A stretch of DNA of 64,000 nucleotides from Chlamydiia bacterium (GCA_030427725.1 JAUICV010000003.1:59573-123572), one strand, 5' to 3'; shown: positions 1 through 10,986, numbered from the stretch's first letter. Numbers and translations: made by a program. The notes: a model not told the origin generated them from the sequence alone.

Positions 1-410
1 TGCACGATGGTAATGATTAAAAAGATCACACCACCAACAACAAAGTTTCCTCCTACAACAAAATTCCCAAATGCAAAGATAATCTCACCGGCATTGGCAT
101 GAAGCAAGATTTGCCTTGTTGCAGAGATTTCAATACCTAACCTGAAAATTGTTGTGATCAGAAGTATCGAAGGAAAAATAGAGAGGTGGACAGCTTTTTG
201 AATGTAAAGAGCGACCATCAATAGCGCAAGAGCTATCGTTAAGTTTACCGCTATAAGTGAGTCAATAACCTCAGGAGGAACTGGAATAATAATCATCATA
301 ATAATGATGATCACAAACAGAGCCAAAATCACATCTGTCGATTCTGATAGGAGTTTTAAGAATCTAGAACCCGAAAGGGTCTTCAAGATTCCACCTGATT
401 GTTTTTTCAT
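1..410 (-). CDS. sctV: Type III secretion export gate protein SctV/CdsV (LcrD/FlhA family), 5' part; runs off the window edge
   Basis: Manual translation from ATG at 410 gives MKKQSGG...IIIPVPPEVIDSLIAVNL...SIFPSILLITTIFRLGIEISATRQILL...AFGNFVVGGNFVVGGVIFLIITIV, a typical LcrD/FlhA N-terminus. ATGA overlap with the sctU stop. Confidence 0.95.
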   Translation of the reverse strand, partial: MKKQSGGILKTLSGSRFLKLLSESTDVILALFVIIIIMMIIIPVPPEVIDSLIAVNLTIALALLMVALYIQKAVHLSIFPSILLITTIFRLGIEISATRQILLHANAGEIIFAFGNFVVGGNFVVGGVIFLIITIV

Positions 411-1492
411 TTAAAAAGCTCCGGATTGTATTCGCCTTCTAAGTCTTCTGATTCTTCCAATTGTGCAAGCCATTTTAATATTTCTGCAATAGCAGAATAA
501 GTTTCTTCTGGAATATATTGACTAATCGTTCCAAGTTCAAAAAGTTCATGCGCAAGAGGTACGTTCCTCATAATCGGGACGTTGTATTGTTGAGCTACTT
601 GAACAATTTTATTAGCAATCATATCTTTTCCCATAGTCAGAATTTTAGGAGCAGGATCAACTTCTGCTTCATATTCTAAAGCTACAGCAATATGGGTTGG
701 GTTTGTCACCACAGCTTTTGCTCGTTTTACACTATTTGGACCTTCTTGATAAGCTATTTCTCGAGCAGTTTGCTTTCTCTTGCTTTTGAGTTGAGGATCT
801 CCCTCTGAGTCTTTAAACTCTTGTTTGACTTCGAATTTCTCCATCATCATGGTTTTTGCAAAATTTTTCTTTTGAAAAACTAAATCAAAAAGCGCAACAG
901 CTAAGAAAAAAATTCCAACTCTTATAGCCACCTTTACCAGAAATGAACCAAAAACCATAGCGCTTCCAGTAATAGGGAGTGCAGCTGTTGCTAAAATATC
1001 TGTTAAAGATCCTCTGACAACAGAATAAATTAAGACAACGGCTCCTGAGATTTTTAATACGGATTTTATTAACTCGACAAAAGTTTTAATTTTGAAAAGA
1101 TTTTTTAAATTATCAACAGGATTTAATTTTTTGATATCTGGCTTCATAGCCTGAACGGCAAACATTGGTCCAATGATAATAAAGTTTACTAAAACCCCAA
1201 CTAAAGCAACTAAAGCCATGATAGGAAGCGAGGTTGTGAAGATAACATGGATGGCAGCTTTTATGAATTCACCGCCTTTTTGTTCCATAGAAACACCAGT
1301 TGGTATCTTACGGAACATCATAATCATAAAACCAGCTAAATTCTCATAGATCTTTGTCGACGAACCAAGAATTAATGCCAGAGCTACAGAAAATGTAAAT
1401 GCGGCTGGAAAGTCTTGTGATTTAGCGACCTGACCTTTTTTACGCGCATCACGTAATTTTTTCGGAGTGGCCTTTTCGGTTTTTTCTGCCAT
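407..1492 (-). CDS. sctU: Type III secretion export switch protein SctU/CdsU (YscU/FlhB family)
   Basis: N-terminal EKTEKATPKKLRDARKKGQVAKS, four TM segments, EGDP and the NPTH autocleavage motif; upstream of sctV as in Chlamydia. Confidence 0.96.
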   Translation of the reverse strand: MAEKTEKATPKKLRDARKKGQVAKSQDFPAAFTFSVALALILGSSTKIYENLAGFMIMMFRKIPTGVSMEQKGGEFIKAAIHVIFTTSLPIMALVALVGVLVNFIIIGPMFAVQAMKPDIKKLNPVDNLKNLFKIKTFVELIKSVLKISGAVVLIYSVVRGSLTDILATAALPITGSAMVFGSFLVKVAIRVGIFFLAVALFDLVFQKKNFAKTMMMEKFEVKQEFKDSEGDPQLKSKRKQTAREIAYQEGPNSVKRAKAVVTNPTHIAVALEYEAEVDPAPKILTMGKDMIANKIVQVAQQYNVPIMRNVPLAHELFELGTISQYIPEETYSAIAEILKWLAQLEESEDLEGEYNPELFK

Positions 1493-1662
1493 GCTTATGA
1501 TCTTTTAGTGATGGAAGCGAAACAAAGCTCCGCATAAGATCCAATTTATCGAAGATGTCAAAGCTTAGTCAAGAAGTTTTAAGCTGCAAGCTAGAAAACA
1601 AATGCTTTATGTAACAAAAGCAATGGGAATTTGCATACGTATGTAATGCTGTCTTTTTTATT

Positions 1663-2154
1663 TTAGACGGAGCTTATAAATAAAAGGGATACTTTTTCGG
1701 CTGCATTTAAGGTAGCTTTTTTTCTTTCTAAAAGAATTTTTAAATCGTTCAATAGGTTTTTTACTTCAGCGATACGAAATCTTGAATACCTAATAGTCTT
1801 TCTTAAACAGCTTGATTCATATTTCAATATTTGAAGTTTCATAAAATCTGTATTTTCTAAGATTTTTGCTTTTGTTATTTTGTTGTTCTCTAACGATTCT
1901 CTTAGAGTTGTGGTTAGTGATTCTAAATCCAACTCATACTCAACAATGTCTAGTTTTAATTCTTCTATAGCGATTCTTAATTGAGAAATGGTAGAGTTGC
2001 GCTCATCTGAAAATTCACTTGCGCCTTTTTTTGAGTTTAAATTAGTTGAGCTCCTAAAAGCGACAGCTGTTGTTGTATTAAATTGCGTTTCATCTTCAAC
2101 TATCTGGGGAGATACTCCCTCATAACTCACTTGGTTTAATGTTAGTGCTGACAT
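1663..2154 (-). CDS. Hypothetical coiled-coil protein
   Basis: 163-aa ORF with an AG-rich RBS-like sequence upstream, an S/T-rich N-terminus and a heptad-rich helical C-terminal half; no family recognised. Confidence 0.65.
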   Translation of the reverse strand: MSALTLNQVSYEGVSPQIVEDETQFNTTTAVAFRSSTNLNSKKGASEFSDERNSTISQLRIAIEELKLDIVEYELDLESLTTTLRESLENNKITKAKILENTDFMKLQILKYESSCLRKTIRYSRFRIAEVKNLLNDLKILLERKKATLNAAEKVSLLFISSV

Positions 2155-2256
2155 GGTTCTCTCTCTTTTTTATTTATGATTCGATTGTTCCCAAATTAAA
2201 ATATTTTTGAGATTAAGAGAAAAATATTAAGAGATTAATACACCTTTTTAACTTTG

Positions 2257-2283
2257 GGTTAAGATCAACCTAAGATCTTAACC
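2257..2283. terminator. Stem-loop downstream of ychF (possible terminator)
   Basis: GGTTAAGATC-N7-GATCTTAACC inverted repeat just past the ychF stop; no clear U-tract. Confidence 0.35.
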
Positions 2284-2300
2284 AAGACGAATTAAAAGTT

Positions 2301-3416
2301 TTATTTATTATGGAAAAACAAGATAACATCACCATCTTGAACAATATACTCTTTGCCTTCTGATCTGGCTTTTCCTGCTTCTTTTGCAGCTGCTCTAGAA
2401 CCGCATTCTACAAAATCAGAATAAGAGATCGTTTCGGCTCTAATAAAGCCTTTTTGGATGTCTGTATGGATTTTTCCAGCTGCTTCAGGAGCCTTAGTGC
2501 CTGCATGGATTGTCCATGCTCTAGTTTCTATTTCTCCAGATGTTAAAAATGTGATAAGCCCTAGAGTTTCGAAACAAGTTTTAACAAGACGATTAAGTCC
2601 AGTTTCTTCTAATCCTAACTCTTTTAGATATTCATCGGACTCTTCTTCACTCAACTGAGCAAGCTCTTCTTCAAGCTTTGCACAGATGGGAACAACTTTG
2701 GAGCCTTCTTTTTCTGCATAATCTCGGACCATTTGAACGTACTCATTATCCATTGAAGGAAGGTCGTTTTCTGAAACATTTGTTATATAGATAATTTGCT
2801 TTAAGGTTAAAAACGGATAGATATGAATAGACTCTAGTTCTTCATCTGTAAGATCTAACATTCTTAACGGTTTGCTTTCATTAAGATGTGAGATTGTTTT
2901 TTTTAGTGTTTCTATAGCTAAAGGAGACTCTTTCTTTCCTTTTGAGTTTTTCTCAAGCTTAACTAAAGAATTTTCAGCCATTTGCAAATCAGCTAAAACA
3001 AGTTCTAAATTAATGACTTCAATATCATCTAAAGGATTTATTTTTCCTGAGACATGAATAATATTATCATCATCAAAACATCTAACAACTTGAACAATTG
3101 CATCTGTTTCTCTAATGTTTGAGAGAAATTTGTTTCCAAGACCTTCTCCCTTTGAAGCGCCTTTAACAAGACCTGCGATATCCACAAAAGCTACATTAGC
3201 AGGGATGATTTTTTCGCTTTTGGTCAAAGAAGAAAGTTTTTCAAGCCTTGAATCGGCTAAATCTACGATCCCTGTATTAGGATCGATTGTACAAAAAGGG
3301 TAGTTAGAGGCTTCTGCAGATTGTTTTTTAACGAGGGCATTAAAAAGTGTTGATTTTCCGACATTTGGAAGTCCTACAATCCCGCAGGAGAGTTGGGTAG
3401 ATTTTTTGATGGACAT
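2301..3416 (-). CDS. ychF: Redox-regulated ATPase YchF (Obg family)
   Basis: GIVGLPNVGKSTLFN, NYPFCTI, DIAGLVKGAS.GEGLGNKFL, C-terminal TGS domain ending EGKEYIVQDGD. Confidence 0.97.
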   Translation of the reverse strand: MSIKKSTQLSCGIVGLPNVGKSTLFNALVKKQSAEASNYPFCTIDPNTGIVDLADSRLEKLSSLTKSEKIIPANVAFVDIAGLVKGASKGEGLGNKFLSNIRETDAIVQVVRCFDDDNIIHVSGKINPLDDIEVINLELVLADLQMAENSLVKLEKNSKGKKESPLAIETLKKTISHLNESKPLRMLDLTDEELESIHIYPFLTLKQIIYITNVSENDLPSMDNEYVQMVRDYAEKEGSKVVPICAKLEEELAQLSEEESDEYLKELGLEETGLNRLVKTCFETLGLITFLTSGEIETRAWTIHAGTKAPEAAGKIHTDIQKGFIRAETISYSDFVECGSRAAAKEAGKARSEGKEYIVQDGDVILFFHNK

Positions 3417-3424
3417 GACAATCC

Positions 3425-4342
3425 TTATAATGATGTTTCATCAATATTTAATTTTTCGATTTTACCATTATGAGTGATGTCATCTTTTACTTCATCTCTT
3501 GAATCCATCCTTTTGATAAATTCGATGCGGATATTATCATTTAGGTACTCAGCCATGGAGCCTTGTAAAAAAATTTCTAGGTCAAACGTTTTGCTTTCTT
3601 TTTCTTGGTTGAGCGTTGTTAAATGGGCTAGAGCTTGGGTGTTATGAGAGTTGCAGCTTAAAGAGACTAAGTATTTTCCTGAAGGGATCAAGCAATGGTT
3701 GTCGAAATTAAAGGTGATTTTCATGAGATTTTCACCAGCTTCTTTAAGCTTGTCAATTTGAAAAGGGGCAAAAAGGCTGTAAGGTCTTCCTAGAAGTTCT
3801 GGGATCTTTTCAACGTGCCCTTGTTTGAGAGTCTCCCGGACTCTTCTAGAAGTAATAGAGGTTTCTCCTAATTGGGACAGCTTTAAATAAATTGCTTCGA
3901 ATCCCAATGTTTTCGAAATTTTTAAAACATTTTCTTGTGTCCCTTCGTTGTTTTTTCCGAAGGTAGCATCTTCACCAAGTACTAGATAATTAAAATCTAT
4001 ATGTGTTTTTATTAGCTTTAGAAATTGATCATAACTTAGGTTTTTGATTTCATCTGTAAACTTGAGTAATAGAGCTATATGAGCTCCATTCTCTTTGAAA
4101 AGTTTTAATTTTTCTTCTAAAGAAGAAATTTTAGGGACAAAGGTTCCAGGTTTAATATGTTCAATGGGGTGATTGGCAAATGTAATGGCAATAACTGTAC
4201 CTGATTGTTTATAGGTCAGCTCTTTCAAACTTGAAAAAATTTTCTGATGCCCGAGGTGCATACCATCAAACATTCCGATGGTAATAGCGATTGGTTTTCT
4301 AAGTGACTTGATTTCCTTGAAAGAGTTTGCTATCTGCATCAA
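3425..4342 (-). CDS. ribF: RibF-like FAD synthetase; FMN adenylyltransferase domain intact, riboflavin kinase domain degenerate
   Basis: TIGMFDGMHLGH, TFANHP, LGEDATFG, ITSRRVR, LLGRPY; conserved position after truB; no PTAN motif in the C-terminal domain. Confidence 0.85.
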   Translation of the reverse strand: MMQIANSFKEIKSLRKPIAITIGMFDGMHLGHQKIFSSLKELTYKQSGTVIAITFANHPIEHIKPGTFVPKISSLEEKLKLFKENGAHIALLLKFTDEIKNLSYDQFLKLIKTHIDFNYLVLGEDATFGKNNEGTQENVLKISKTLGFEAIYLKLSQLGETSITSRRVRETLKQGHVEKIPELLGRPYSLFAPFQIDKLKEAGENLMKITFNFDNHCLIPSGKYLVSLSCNSHNTQALAHLTTLNQEKESKTFDLEIFLQGSMAEYLNDNIRIEFIKRMDSRDEVKDDITHNGKIEKLNIDETSL

Positions 4343-5063
4343 CGTGTCCTATGAGGTGCTTTGTGTAATCAAATTCGCTGTTTGTAAGCTCATTAAAGTC
4401 CACACATTGATCGATCGTATAAGGACCGCTCTGAACCCTAATAAGCTCTTTTGCATAAGCTCCTATTTTAAGGTCTTGACCAAGATCGTGAGCTATTGAG
4501 CGAATATATGTACCTTTAGAACATGTAACATCTAAAGTCAAGTAAGGATATTGATATGAGACTAGAGTTGTCGTAAGATGTATTTTTACAGGATCTCTTG
4601 TTATCGTTTGGCCTTGTCTTGCAAGCTCATAGAGTTTTTTGCCTTTAACTTTTTTTGCAGAAAACATAGGGGGTATTTGTAATATATGGCCTTGATACTT
4701 TTCTAAGGCATTAGAAATTAAAGAAAGTGAGGGGATTTCATCGCTTACTTTTTCTATGATACCATCTGAGTCGTACGTATCACTTTTGTAACCGAGGCAG
4801 AGAGTTACTCGATATTTTTTATCGTGGTTTAAAAATGTGTTGGACTGTTTTGTGTAAGACTTTCCGATCAGAAGAATCATAACTCCTGTAGCAAAGGGAT
4901 CCAAAGTTCCTGCATGACCAATTTTTTTGATACGCGTTATAGCTCTCAAGATCTTAATTAGATAAAACGAACTTTTACCTTTTGGTTTGTCTATAAGTAG
5001 TAGACCTTCCTTAGGAGATGTCGTCTGATTCACAGTCACTTCTAGATAGCTTTTCTTCTTCAA
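4299..5063 (-). CDS. truB: tRNA pseudouridine(55) synthase TruB (true start probably a GTG at 5039 or 5033)
   Basis: LLIDKPKG, GHAGTLDPFATG, QIPPMFSAKK, CSKGTYIRS. Confidence 0.96.
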   Translation of the reverse strand: MKKKSYLEVTVNQTTSPKEGLLLIDKPKGKSSFYLIKILRAITRIKKIGHAGTLDPFATGVMILLIGKSYTKQSNTFLNHDKKYRVTLCLGYKSDTYDSDGIIEKVSDEIPSLSLISNALEKYQGHILQIPPMFSAKKVKGKKLYELARQGQTITRDPVKIHLTTTLVSYQYPYLTLDVTCSKGTYIRSIAHDLGQDLKIGAYAKELIRVQSGPYTIDQCVDFNELTNSEFDYTKHLIGHVDADSKLFQGNQVT

Positions 5064-5397
5064 GATCTTTTAAGATAGAGTCGATCTTCATGTGTTTTTC
5101 AACGCTGTCATCTAATTTAAATGTGAGGTTCGGAAAATGCCTTATGACAATTTGTTTTGAGGCCAAAACGGCAATATAGCCAGAGGCTGATTGAAGAGCC
5201 TCTAATGTGTTTTGTTTTTCCTCTTCCGATCCTATAACGCTAAAGAAAACTTTTGCGTAGTGAAGATCTTTAGTGATCTCCACTTTTGTGATTGTAAAAA
5301 ACGTAGAGACGTTTGGATTGCTTACTTCTTTTCTGATTACTTCAGAAATCACCTCTTTAAGAAGGGAATTGAGTCGACTTGTGCGCCTTGTTTCCAT
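5011..5397 (-). CDS. rbfA: 30S ribosome-binding factor RbfA
   Basis: ITKVEITKDLHYAKVF and RHFPNLTFKLDDS; located between infB and truB. Confidence 0.95.
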   Translation of the reverse strand: METRRTSRLNSLLKEVISEVIRKEVSNPNVSTFFTITKVEITKDLHYAKVFFSVIGSEEEKQNTLEALQSASGYIAVLASKQIVIRHFPNLTFKLDDSVEKHMKIDSILKDLEEEKLSRSDCESDDIS

Positions 5398-5398
5398 A

Positions 5399-7870
5399 TT
5401 ACAGCTCTTGTTTTAAGTAGGTGATTTCATAAGTTTTAATCCGGTCTCCCTCTTGAACTTCGTTGAAATTATTCAATAAAATCCCGCACTCAAGACCTTT
5501 TGAGACTTCTTTTACATCGTCTTTAACTCGTTTTAGGGATGCGATTTCACCCTCGTAGACGATTTCTTCACCTCTGAATACCTTGACGTAGTGGTTACGT
5601 TTGATAATTCCATCAATTACTTGGCAACCTGCAATGGCTCCTAGATGAGATGCCTTAAAGACTGCTCTAACTTCAGCCTCACCCGCTTCATTTTCAGTCC
5701 TGATTTTATCTAACTGATCTTCCATGAGATCTTTAACATCATTAATAAGGTGATAGATAATATCATGAAGTTTAACTGTTAGCTTCGCTTTGGCAATTTC
5801 TGGTTCTGCATGGCTTTCTACCTGTGTATGGAAGCCAATAATTGCAGCATTTGATGCTTCAGCTAATTGAACGTCAGATTCTGAGATCTGGCCAACACCT
5901 TCAGTAATAATGTTTAATTCAACTTTATCTGATGGGATTTTCATAAGAGATATTTTTACAGCTTCTAATGAACCCTGTACATCTGCTCTTAAAATGATAT
6001 TTAAAACTTTTTTCTGAGACAGTTCTTGAGATCTAGTTAACAGCCCTTCAATCTCTGACTGAGATCTTCTTCTGAGAGAGGCTCTCTTGACCCCCGCAGA
6101 TCTTTCTTCGCAAATCTTTCTTGCTTCCTTCTCATTTTCAACGCCGATGAACTCACATCCAGCTTCTGGGATACCTGAAAGTCCTGTGATTTTAACAGGG
6201 GAAGATGGCCCAGCTATTTGGACAGACTTTCCCTGGTCATCATGCATTGTTTTTACACGACCGTAAATATCATCAAAGACTAAGGCGTCTCCAATTTTTA
6301 GAGATCCATTTTGGACCAAAATAGTTGCGACCGAACCTAAACCTCTGTGAAGTTGCGATTCAATGACAGTTCCTCTGGCTCTAGTTGTTGCATCAGCTTT
6401 TAATTCTAAAACTTCAGATTGTAGCAAGATCATTTCCACAAGTGATGAAATACCTTCTCCAGTCGTTGCCGAACAATTCACTGTAATGATTTCTCCACCC
6501 CAAGCTTCAGGGAGTAGTTCTTGCTCAGCTAGCTGTCTGTAGACATCATCTACGTTAAAGCCCTGTTTATCACATTTGTTTATGGCTACAATAATAGGTG
6601 CTTTAGCTTCTTTTGCGTGCTTTATAGCTTCTTTCGTTTGGGGCATCATGCCTTCATCACCAGCAATAACTAAAATAACGATATCAGTTACAGTAGCACC
6701 TCTTTGGCGCATTTCCGTAAAAGCTTCGTGACCTGGAGTGTCTAAGATTGTAATATTGCCACTTTCTGAAAGGCATTGAAAGGCTCCGATGTGTTGAGTA
6801 ATAGCACCAGCTTCATGGGATGTTAAATTACTTTTTCTTAAGGCATCAATAAGGCTTGTTTTTCCGTGGTCAACATGACCCATAAAGGCTATAACAGGAG
6901 CTCTAGGGGTTAAGTTTTTCGAAGATGCCTCGGAGATCTCTTCAGAAATTGACTTGCCTGTGATTTGAAGTCTTTCTTGTTCAGTTGTGTCTATTGTAAT
7001 TTCACAATTAAGTTCAGATCCAATTAGTTGAACAAGAGTTTCATCATCTAGGTAATCATTAATTGTATGAACTACTCCATGCATAAATAGCTTTGAAATT
7101 AGCTCTGAAGCTTTTCTTTTCATTGCTGCTGCAAGGTCTTTAACTGAGATTGGAAGTTGAAGAGTTAATTCAGATGGTCTTACGACTGGTATATTTGACT
7201 CTTGCCTTTTTTGTTTGAAGCGAGGTCTTCGTCTTCGCCAAGATCCGTCCTCGGAGTCTCTTAAGCCTTGTCTATCTCTTGCGTCAAAAGATTTCGATTC
7301 AAATTTTTTCGCAGGCTTTTGCTCTTTTGCTTTTTTAGGCGCTTCTTTAGTGTCTTTGAAAGTCTTTTCAGGCTTGATCTCTTTTTTTGGAAGAGGCTTA
7401 TCTTTAGATGTTGTAGTAGTTGTTTTTGGTTGTACTATTCTTCCCGGAACTTTAACTTCTTCAGGTTCAGAAGCTGGTTTTTCTACATTAGCTTCTTTAA
7501 CAGTTTCGGCTTTGTCTTCTGTTTTTGCAGGAGTAGTTCCATCTTTTGGAGTTTCAATTGTTACTGTTTCTTCTGAAGCTAGTGCAGCTGTTTCAACAAT
7601 TTGATCAGGAGATTCTTTTGGGTTGTCTTCTTTACTCTCGGGGGCATTAGCATTTTTGATATGATCTGGAATATCTTTAGCTTTGACTTTTCTAACAGGT
7701 TTTGGTTTTGCCGCAACCTCTTCCGGAGCCGCTTTAGCCTTAGCTTTTGTTGGCTTTTTAGTTGTTTTCTTGACTTCCTTTTCGGCAGACTTACCGAGGA
7801 CCTTTTTATTAAGGTTTAAAGCCTCAGCCAATTGAGAGTTTTTAATTTTTAACTTTAGGTTTTTTGCCAA
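5399..7870 (-). CDS. infB: Translation initiation factor IF-2
   Basis: [38 protein letters not shown]; charged low-complexity N-terminus. Confidence 0.98.
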   Translation of the reverse strand: MAKNLKLKIKNSQLAEALNLNKKVLGKSAEKEVKKTTKKPTKAKAKAAPEEVAAKPKPVRKVKAKDIPDHIKNANAPESKEDNPKESPDQIVETAALASEETVTIETPKDGTTPAKTEDKAETVKEANVEKPASEPEEVKVPGRIVQPKTTTTTSKDKPLPKKEIKPEKTFKDTKEAPKKAKEQKPAKKFESKSFDARDRQGLRDSEDGSWRRRRPRFKQKRQESNIPVVRPSELTLQLPISVKDLAAAMKRKASELISKLFMHGVVHTINDYLDDETLVQLIGSELNCEITIDTTEQERLQITGKSISEEISEASSKNLTPRAPVIAFMGHVDHGKTSLIDALRKSNLTSHEAGAITQHIGAFQCLSESGNITILDTPGHEAFTEMRQRGATVTDIVILVIAGDEGMMPQTKEAIKHAKEAKAPIIVAINKCDKQGFNVDDVYRQLAEQELLPEAWGGEIITVNCSATTGEGISSLVEMILLQSEVLELKADATTRARGTVIESQLHRGLGSVATILVQNGSLKIGDALVFDDIYGRVKTMHDDQGKSVQIAGPSSPVKITGLSGIPEAGCEFIGVENEKEARKICEERSAGVKRASLRRRSQSEIEGLLTRSQELSQKKVLNIILRADVQGSLEAVKISLMKIPSDKVELNIITEGVGQISESDVQLAEASNAAIIGFHTQVESHAEPEIAKAKLTVKLHDIIYHLINDVKDLMEDQLDKIRTENEAGEAEVRAVFKASHLGAIAGCQVIDGIIKRNHYVKVFRGEEIVYEGEIASLKRVKDDVKEVSKGLECGILLNNFNEVQEGDRIKTYEITYLKQEL

Positions 7871-7873
7871 GGT

Positions 7874-9145
7874 TTATGTCCTTTTTTTTCTGATTTTGTC
7901 TAAAATGTCATTTGCCATTTCAGTACTGATAGAAGCAACTTTTGCCAATTCTTCAGGAGATGCATTTAGCAACTTTCTCAATGTATCAAATCCAGCATCT
8001 CTTAAACTATCTACGACGAACTGGTTTACATCTTCTATAACAATAGGCTTATCAAGCTCAGGATCTTCTGAGAGAGCCATTCTATGTCTTTCAATTTTCT
8101 GTTCTGATTGGAATTCAGACAATTTTTTAACAAGAAGCTCTCTGTCTATAAGCTTAGCATTAAGCCTTGCGTTCATTCCTTTTTTCCCAAGAACAATTGG
8201 GTAGTCTGCGTCATCTACAACAATAGTGATGCCGCCTGTTTCTTCATTTTGCTCGATTTTTTTTGGTTGGATTGGATCTAAAGAGTTTTTTAATAACTCA
8301 ATTGGGTTTTCTGAGTAGGGAAGAATGTCAATTTTTTCATTGTTGAGTTCCCGTATAATGTTTTTTACACGGCTTCCTCTGACACCAACACAAGCTCCAA
8401 GCGGGTCTATTTTTGGATCGCTAGCAGAAACAGCCATTTTAGTTCTGTACCCAGCGTCTCTTACTATTCGTTTGATTTCTATTAAGCCTTCGCTAAGTTC
8501 AGGAACTTCTTGAGTGAAAAGTTGTTCAACCATTTCAGGATGGGATCTTGAAAGGACAACCTCTGCGCCACCGTTATCTGTATCCCTTACTTCGTAAATT
8601 AAAGCCTGGACTCTTTCTCCAACATTGTAATGTTCAGTACGTGGATAGTTTCTGTCTGGTAAAATTCCATCAACCTTTCCTAGATCAACAACTAAAGTAC
8701 CACCTCTTAACACTCTTTTCACAGCGCCTGAGATAATCTCATGAACTCTGTGACGATACTCTTCATAGATCACATCTCTTTCAGCACCTCTTAATTTCTG
8801 AGAAATAACTTGTCTTGCTGTTTGTGCCGCAATACGTCCAAAGTTTTCGGGGGTTACTTCTACAGGAATCCATTGACCCAATTGACAATCTGGGTCTAAC
8901 TCTCTAGCTTCTTCAAGAAGAATCTCTTCACCAGGGATTTCAACAGTGTCTACGATTTCTTTTTCTGTGTAAACTTCGATCTCGCCATTTTTAGAGTTAA
9001 TTGAGACAGAAACGTTAGTAATCCCTTGAATACTTTTGCGAGCAGCTATTTGAAGAGATTCCTCAATAGCATGGATCACGATATCCCTTTTGATACCTTT
9101 TTCTCGTTCTAAATATTCAAAAATTGCTACTAGATCCTTGTTCAT
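7874..9145 (-). CDS. nusA: Transcription termination/antitermination factor NusA
   Basis: FGRIAAQTARQ, S1 and KH domains (GACVGVRGSRVK, EKIDI), C-terminal HhH-like tail. Confidence 0.97.
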   Translation of the reverse strand: MNKDLVAIFEYLEREKGIKRDIVIHAIEESLQIAARKSIQGITNVSVSINSKNGEIEVYTEKEIVDTVEIPGEEILLEEARELDPDCQLGQWIPVEVTPENFGRIAAQTARQVISQKLRGAERDVIYEEYRHRVHEIISGAVKRVLRGGTLVVDLGKVDGILPDRNYPRTEHYNVGERVQALIYEVRDTDNGGAEVVLSRSHPEMVEQLFTQEVPELSEGLIEIKRIVRDAGYRTKMAVSASDPKIDPLGACVGVRGSRVKNIIRELNNEKIDILPYSENPIELLKNSLDPIQPKKIEQNEETGGITIVVDDADYPIVLGKKGMNARLNAKLIDRELLVKKLSEFQSEQKIERHRMALSEDPELDKPIVIEDVNQFVVDSLRDAGFDTLRKLLNASPEELAKVASISTEMANDILDKIRKKRT

Positions 9146-9175
9146 GTGTGTCCTTAAGTTTTCCTTGCTCTAAGT

Positions 9176-9202
9176 AAAAACCGAAGATTGCTCTTCGGTT
9201 TT
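9176..9202 (-). terminator. Intrinsic terminator-like hairpin between rpsA and nusA
   Basis: AAAACCGAAGA-N4-TCTTCGGTTTT; on the minus strand the stem ends in a T5 run. Confidence 0.55.
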
Positions 9203-9261
9203 CTCCCCATTCGACAATCCTGCGCTGGTGGTATGTACCACCAGCGCAAAGCATATGTCGA

Positions 9262-10986
9262 TTATGAATTTTCTCCGTCTTCAGACTCGTCGTCTCCAGA
9301 TGACATGACGATATCGTCACGGTTTTCCTGATTTTTCTCAACTAGATCATCCTTGATAGAAAGTGAGATCTTTTTGTGTTCAGGATCGATCTTGATGACT
9401 TTTGCTGTAACTTCGTCTCCAATACTTACAATGTCTTCAACTTTAGCAAAGGACTGATCAGATAATTCAGTTACGTGAACGAGGCCTTCCATCCCATTTT
9501 CTAGTTCTAAAAAGGCTCCGAAAGCTGTGACTTTTGTTACTTTACCTCTAACAGTGGCGCCAATTTGCATGTTTCTCTCGATAGTTTCCCAAGGGTTTGT
9601 ATCAAGCTGCTTCACGCCTAAAGTAATTTTTTTACTTTCTTTGTCCACGGATAAAATAGCTGCTTCAACAATATCACCCTTATTTAGAACCTCTGATGGG
9701 TGTGATACTTTTTTGATCCAGCTTAAATCTGAAATATGGATAAGACCATCGATACCAGGTTCTAACTCTACAAATGCTCCGTAGTTTGTTAGGTTTCTGA
9801 TTTCAGCTTTAACAGTGCTTCCAATAGGGTATTTGTTTTCAACATCTTCCCAAGGGTTTTTTTCTGTCTGTTTTATTCCTAGAGAAATCTTTCCCTCTGC
9901 TTTTTGAACAGACAAGACGATAGCTTCTACTGAGTCGCCTTTATTTACTATTTCACTTGGATCGGTGACATTTTTAACCCATGACATTTCTGAAACGTGG
10001 ATAAGTCCTTCAATACCAGGTTCAATTTCAATGAACGCTCCATAAGGAACTAAGTTGACAATTTTACCTTTAACATGTGTTCCAGGAGGGTATTTTTGTT
10101 CAATTTCTTCCCATGGATTGTCTTCTTTCTGTTTTAGTCCTAAAGCGACACGCCCTTTTTCTTCATCTATGTTAAGGATCATGACCTCTACTTCATCGCC
10201 AAGCTGAACCATTTCAGAAGGGTGCTTGATTCGCTTCCATGTCATGTCAGTGATATGAAGAAGGCCATCGATGCCATCTAAGTCAAGGAATACACCAAAA
10301 TCAGTGATGTTTTTCACAGCGCCAGTTCTTAGATCTCCAACTTGGATGTGTTGTAGAAGTTCTGCTTTCTTAGAAACTCTCTCTTCTTCTAGGAGCTCTC
10401 TTCTAGAAACGACAATATTTTTTCTTTCAATATTTATTTTAAGAATTTTGAAGTCGAATGTTTTTTCTAAGTATTCGTCGATGTTTTTAATTCGTTTGTT
10501 GTCGATTTGTGATCCTGGAAGGAATGCCTCCATTCCGATGTCGACCATTAGACCACCTTTAACTTTACGAATCACTTTTCCTTGGATGATGCTTCCTTCT
10601 TTACAGTTGGATAGGATGTATTCCCACTGTCTTTGTTTTCTAGCTTTCTCTCTAGATAGAACAATTTGTCCATCATCACCTTCAGCCTGATCTAGGTAAA
10701 CTTCAACATCACTTCCTAAAGAGAGTTCAGTTGGATCTCTAAATTCAGAAATCGGGATTAAACCTTCAGATTTAAGTCCTACGTCTACGATAATAAAGTC
10801 TTTTGTAATTTCGACAACTTTACCAGTTAATATTTCGCCAGTGTGCATTGAAGCAGTAGACCCCTCTTCTGAAGAGGACTCCTTTTGATCTAATAAATCG
10901 CGGAATAGCTTTGCATCTTCTTCGTGAAAATCGACGTCATCAATGACTTTGCTATCATTCCAGTCGTAGTTTTGTTCTTGGGACAT
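9262..10986 (-). CDS. rpsA: 30S ribosomal protein S1
   Basis: Six S1 repeats ([47 protein letters not shown] and others). Confidence 0.98.
   Translation of the reverse strand: MSQEQNYDWNDSKVIDDVDFHEEDAKLFRDLLDQKESSSEEGSTASMHTGEILTGKVVEITKDFIIVDVGLKSEGLIPISEFRDPTELSLGSDVEVYLDQAEGDDGQIVLSREKARKQRQWEYILSNCKEGSIIQGKVIRKVKGGLMVDIGMEAFLPGSQIDNKRIKNIDEYLEKTFDFKILKINIERKNIVVSRRELLEEERVSKKAELLQHIQVGDLRTGAVKNITDFGVFLDLDGIDGLLHITDMTWKRIKHPSEMVQLGDEVEVMILNIDEEKGRVALGLKQKEDNPWEEIEQKYPPGTHVKGKIVNLVPYGAFIEIEPGIEGLIHVSEMSWVKNVTDPSEIVNKGDSVEAIVLSVQKAEGKISLGIKQTEKNPWEDVENKYPIGSTVKAEIRNLTNYGAFVELEPGIDGLIHISDLSWIKKVSHPSEVLNKGDIVEAAILSVDKESKKITLGVKQLDTNPWETIERNMQIGATVRGKVTKVTAFGAFLELENGMEGLVHVTELSDQSFAKVEDIVSIGDEVTAKVIKIDPEHKKISLSIKDDLVEKNQENRDDIVMSSGDDESEDGENS

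Noticed and set aside
1-1492. Flagellar flhA/flhB assignment
   Set aside because: The position next to ychF-ribF-truB matches the chlamydial injectisome cdsU-cdsV locus, and no flagellar genes are nearby.
9117-9341. 74-aa ORF bridging rpsA and nusA (possible rimP)
   Set aside because: It overlaps both genes out of frame, has no RimP resemblance and runs across the hairpins.
7215-10690. Plus-strand ORFs opposite infB, nusA and rpsA, and similar shadow ORFs elsewhere in the track
   Set aside because: They lie fully antisense to conserved genes and have the F/S/L-rich composition typical of shadow frames.
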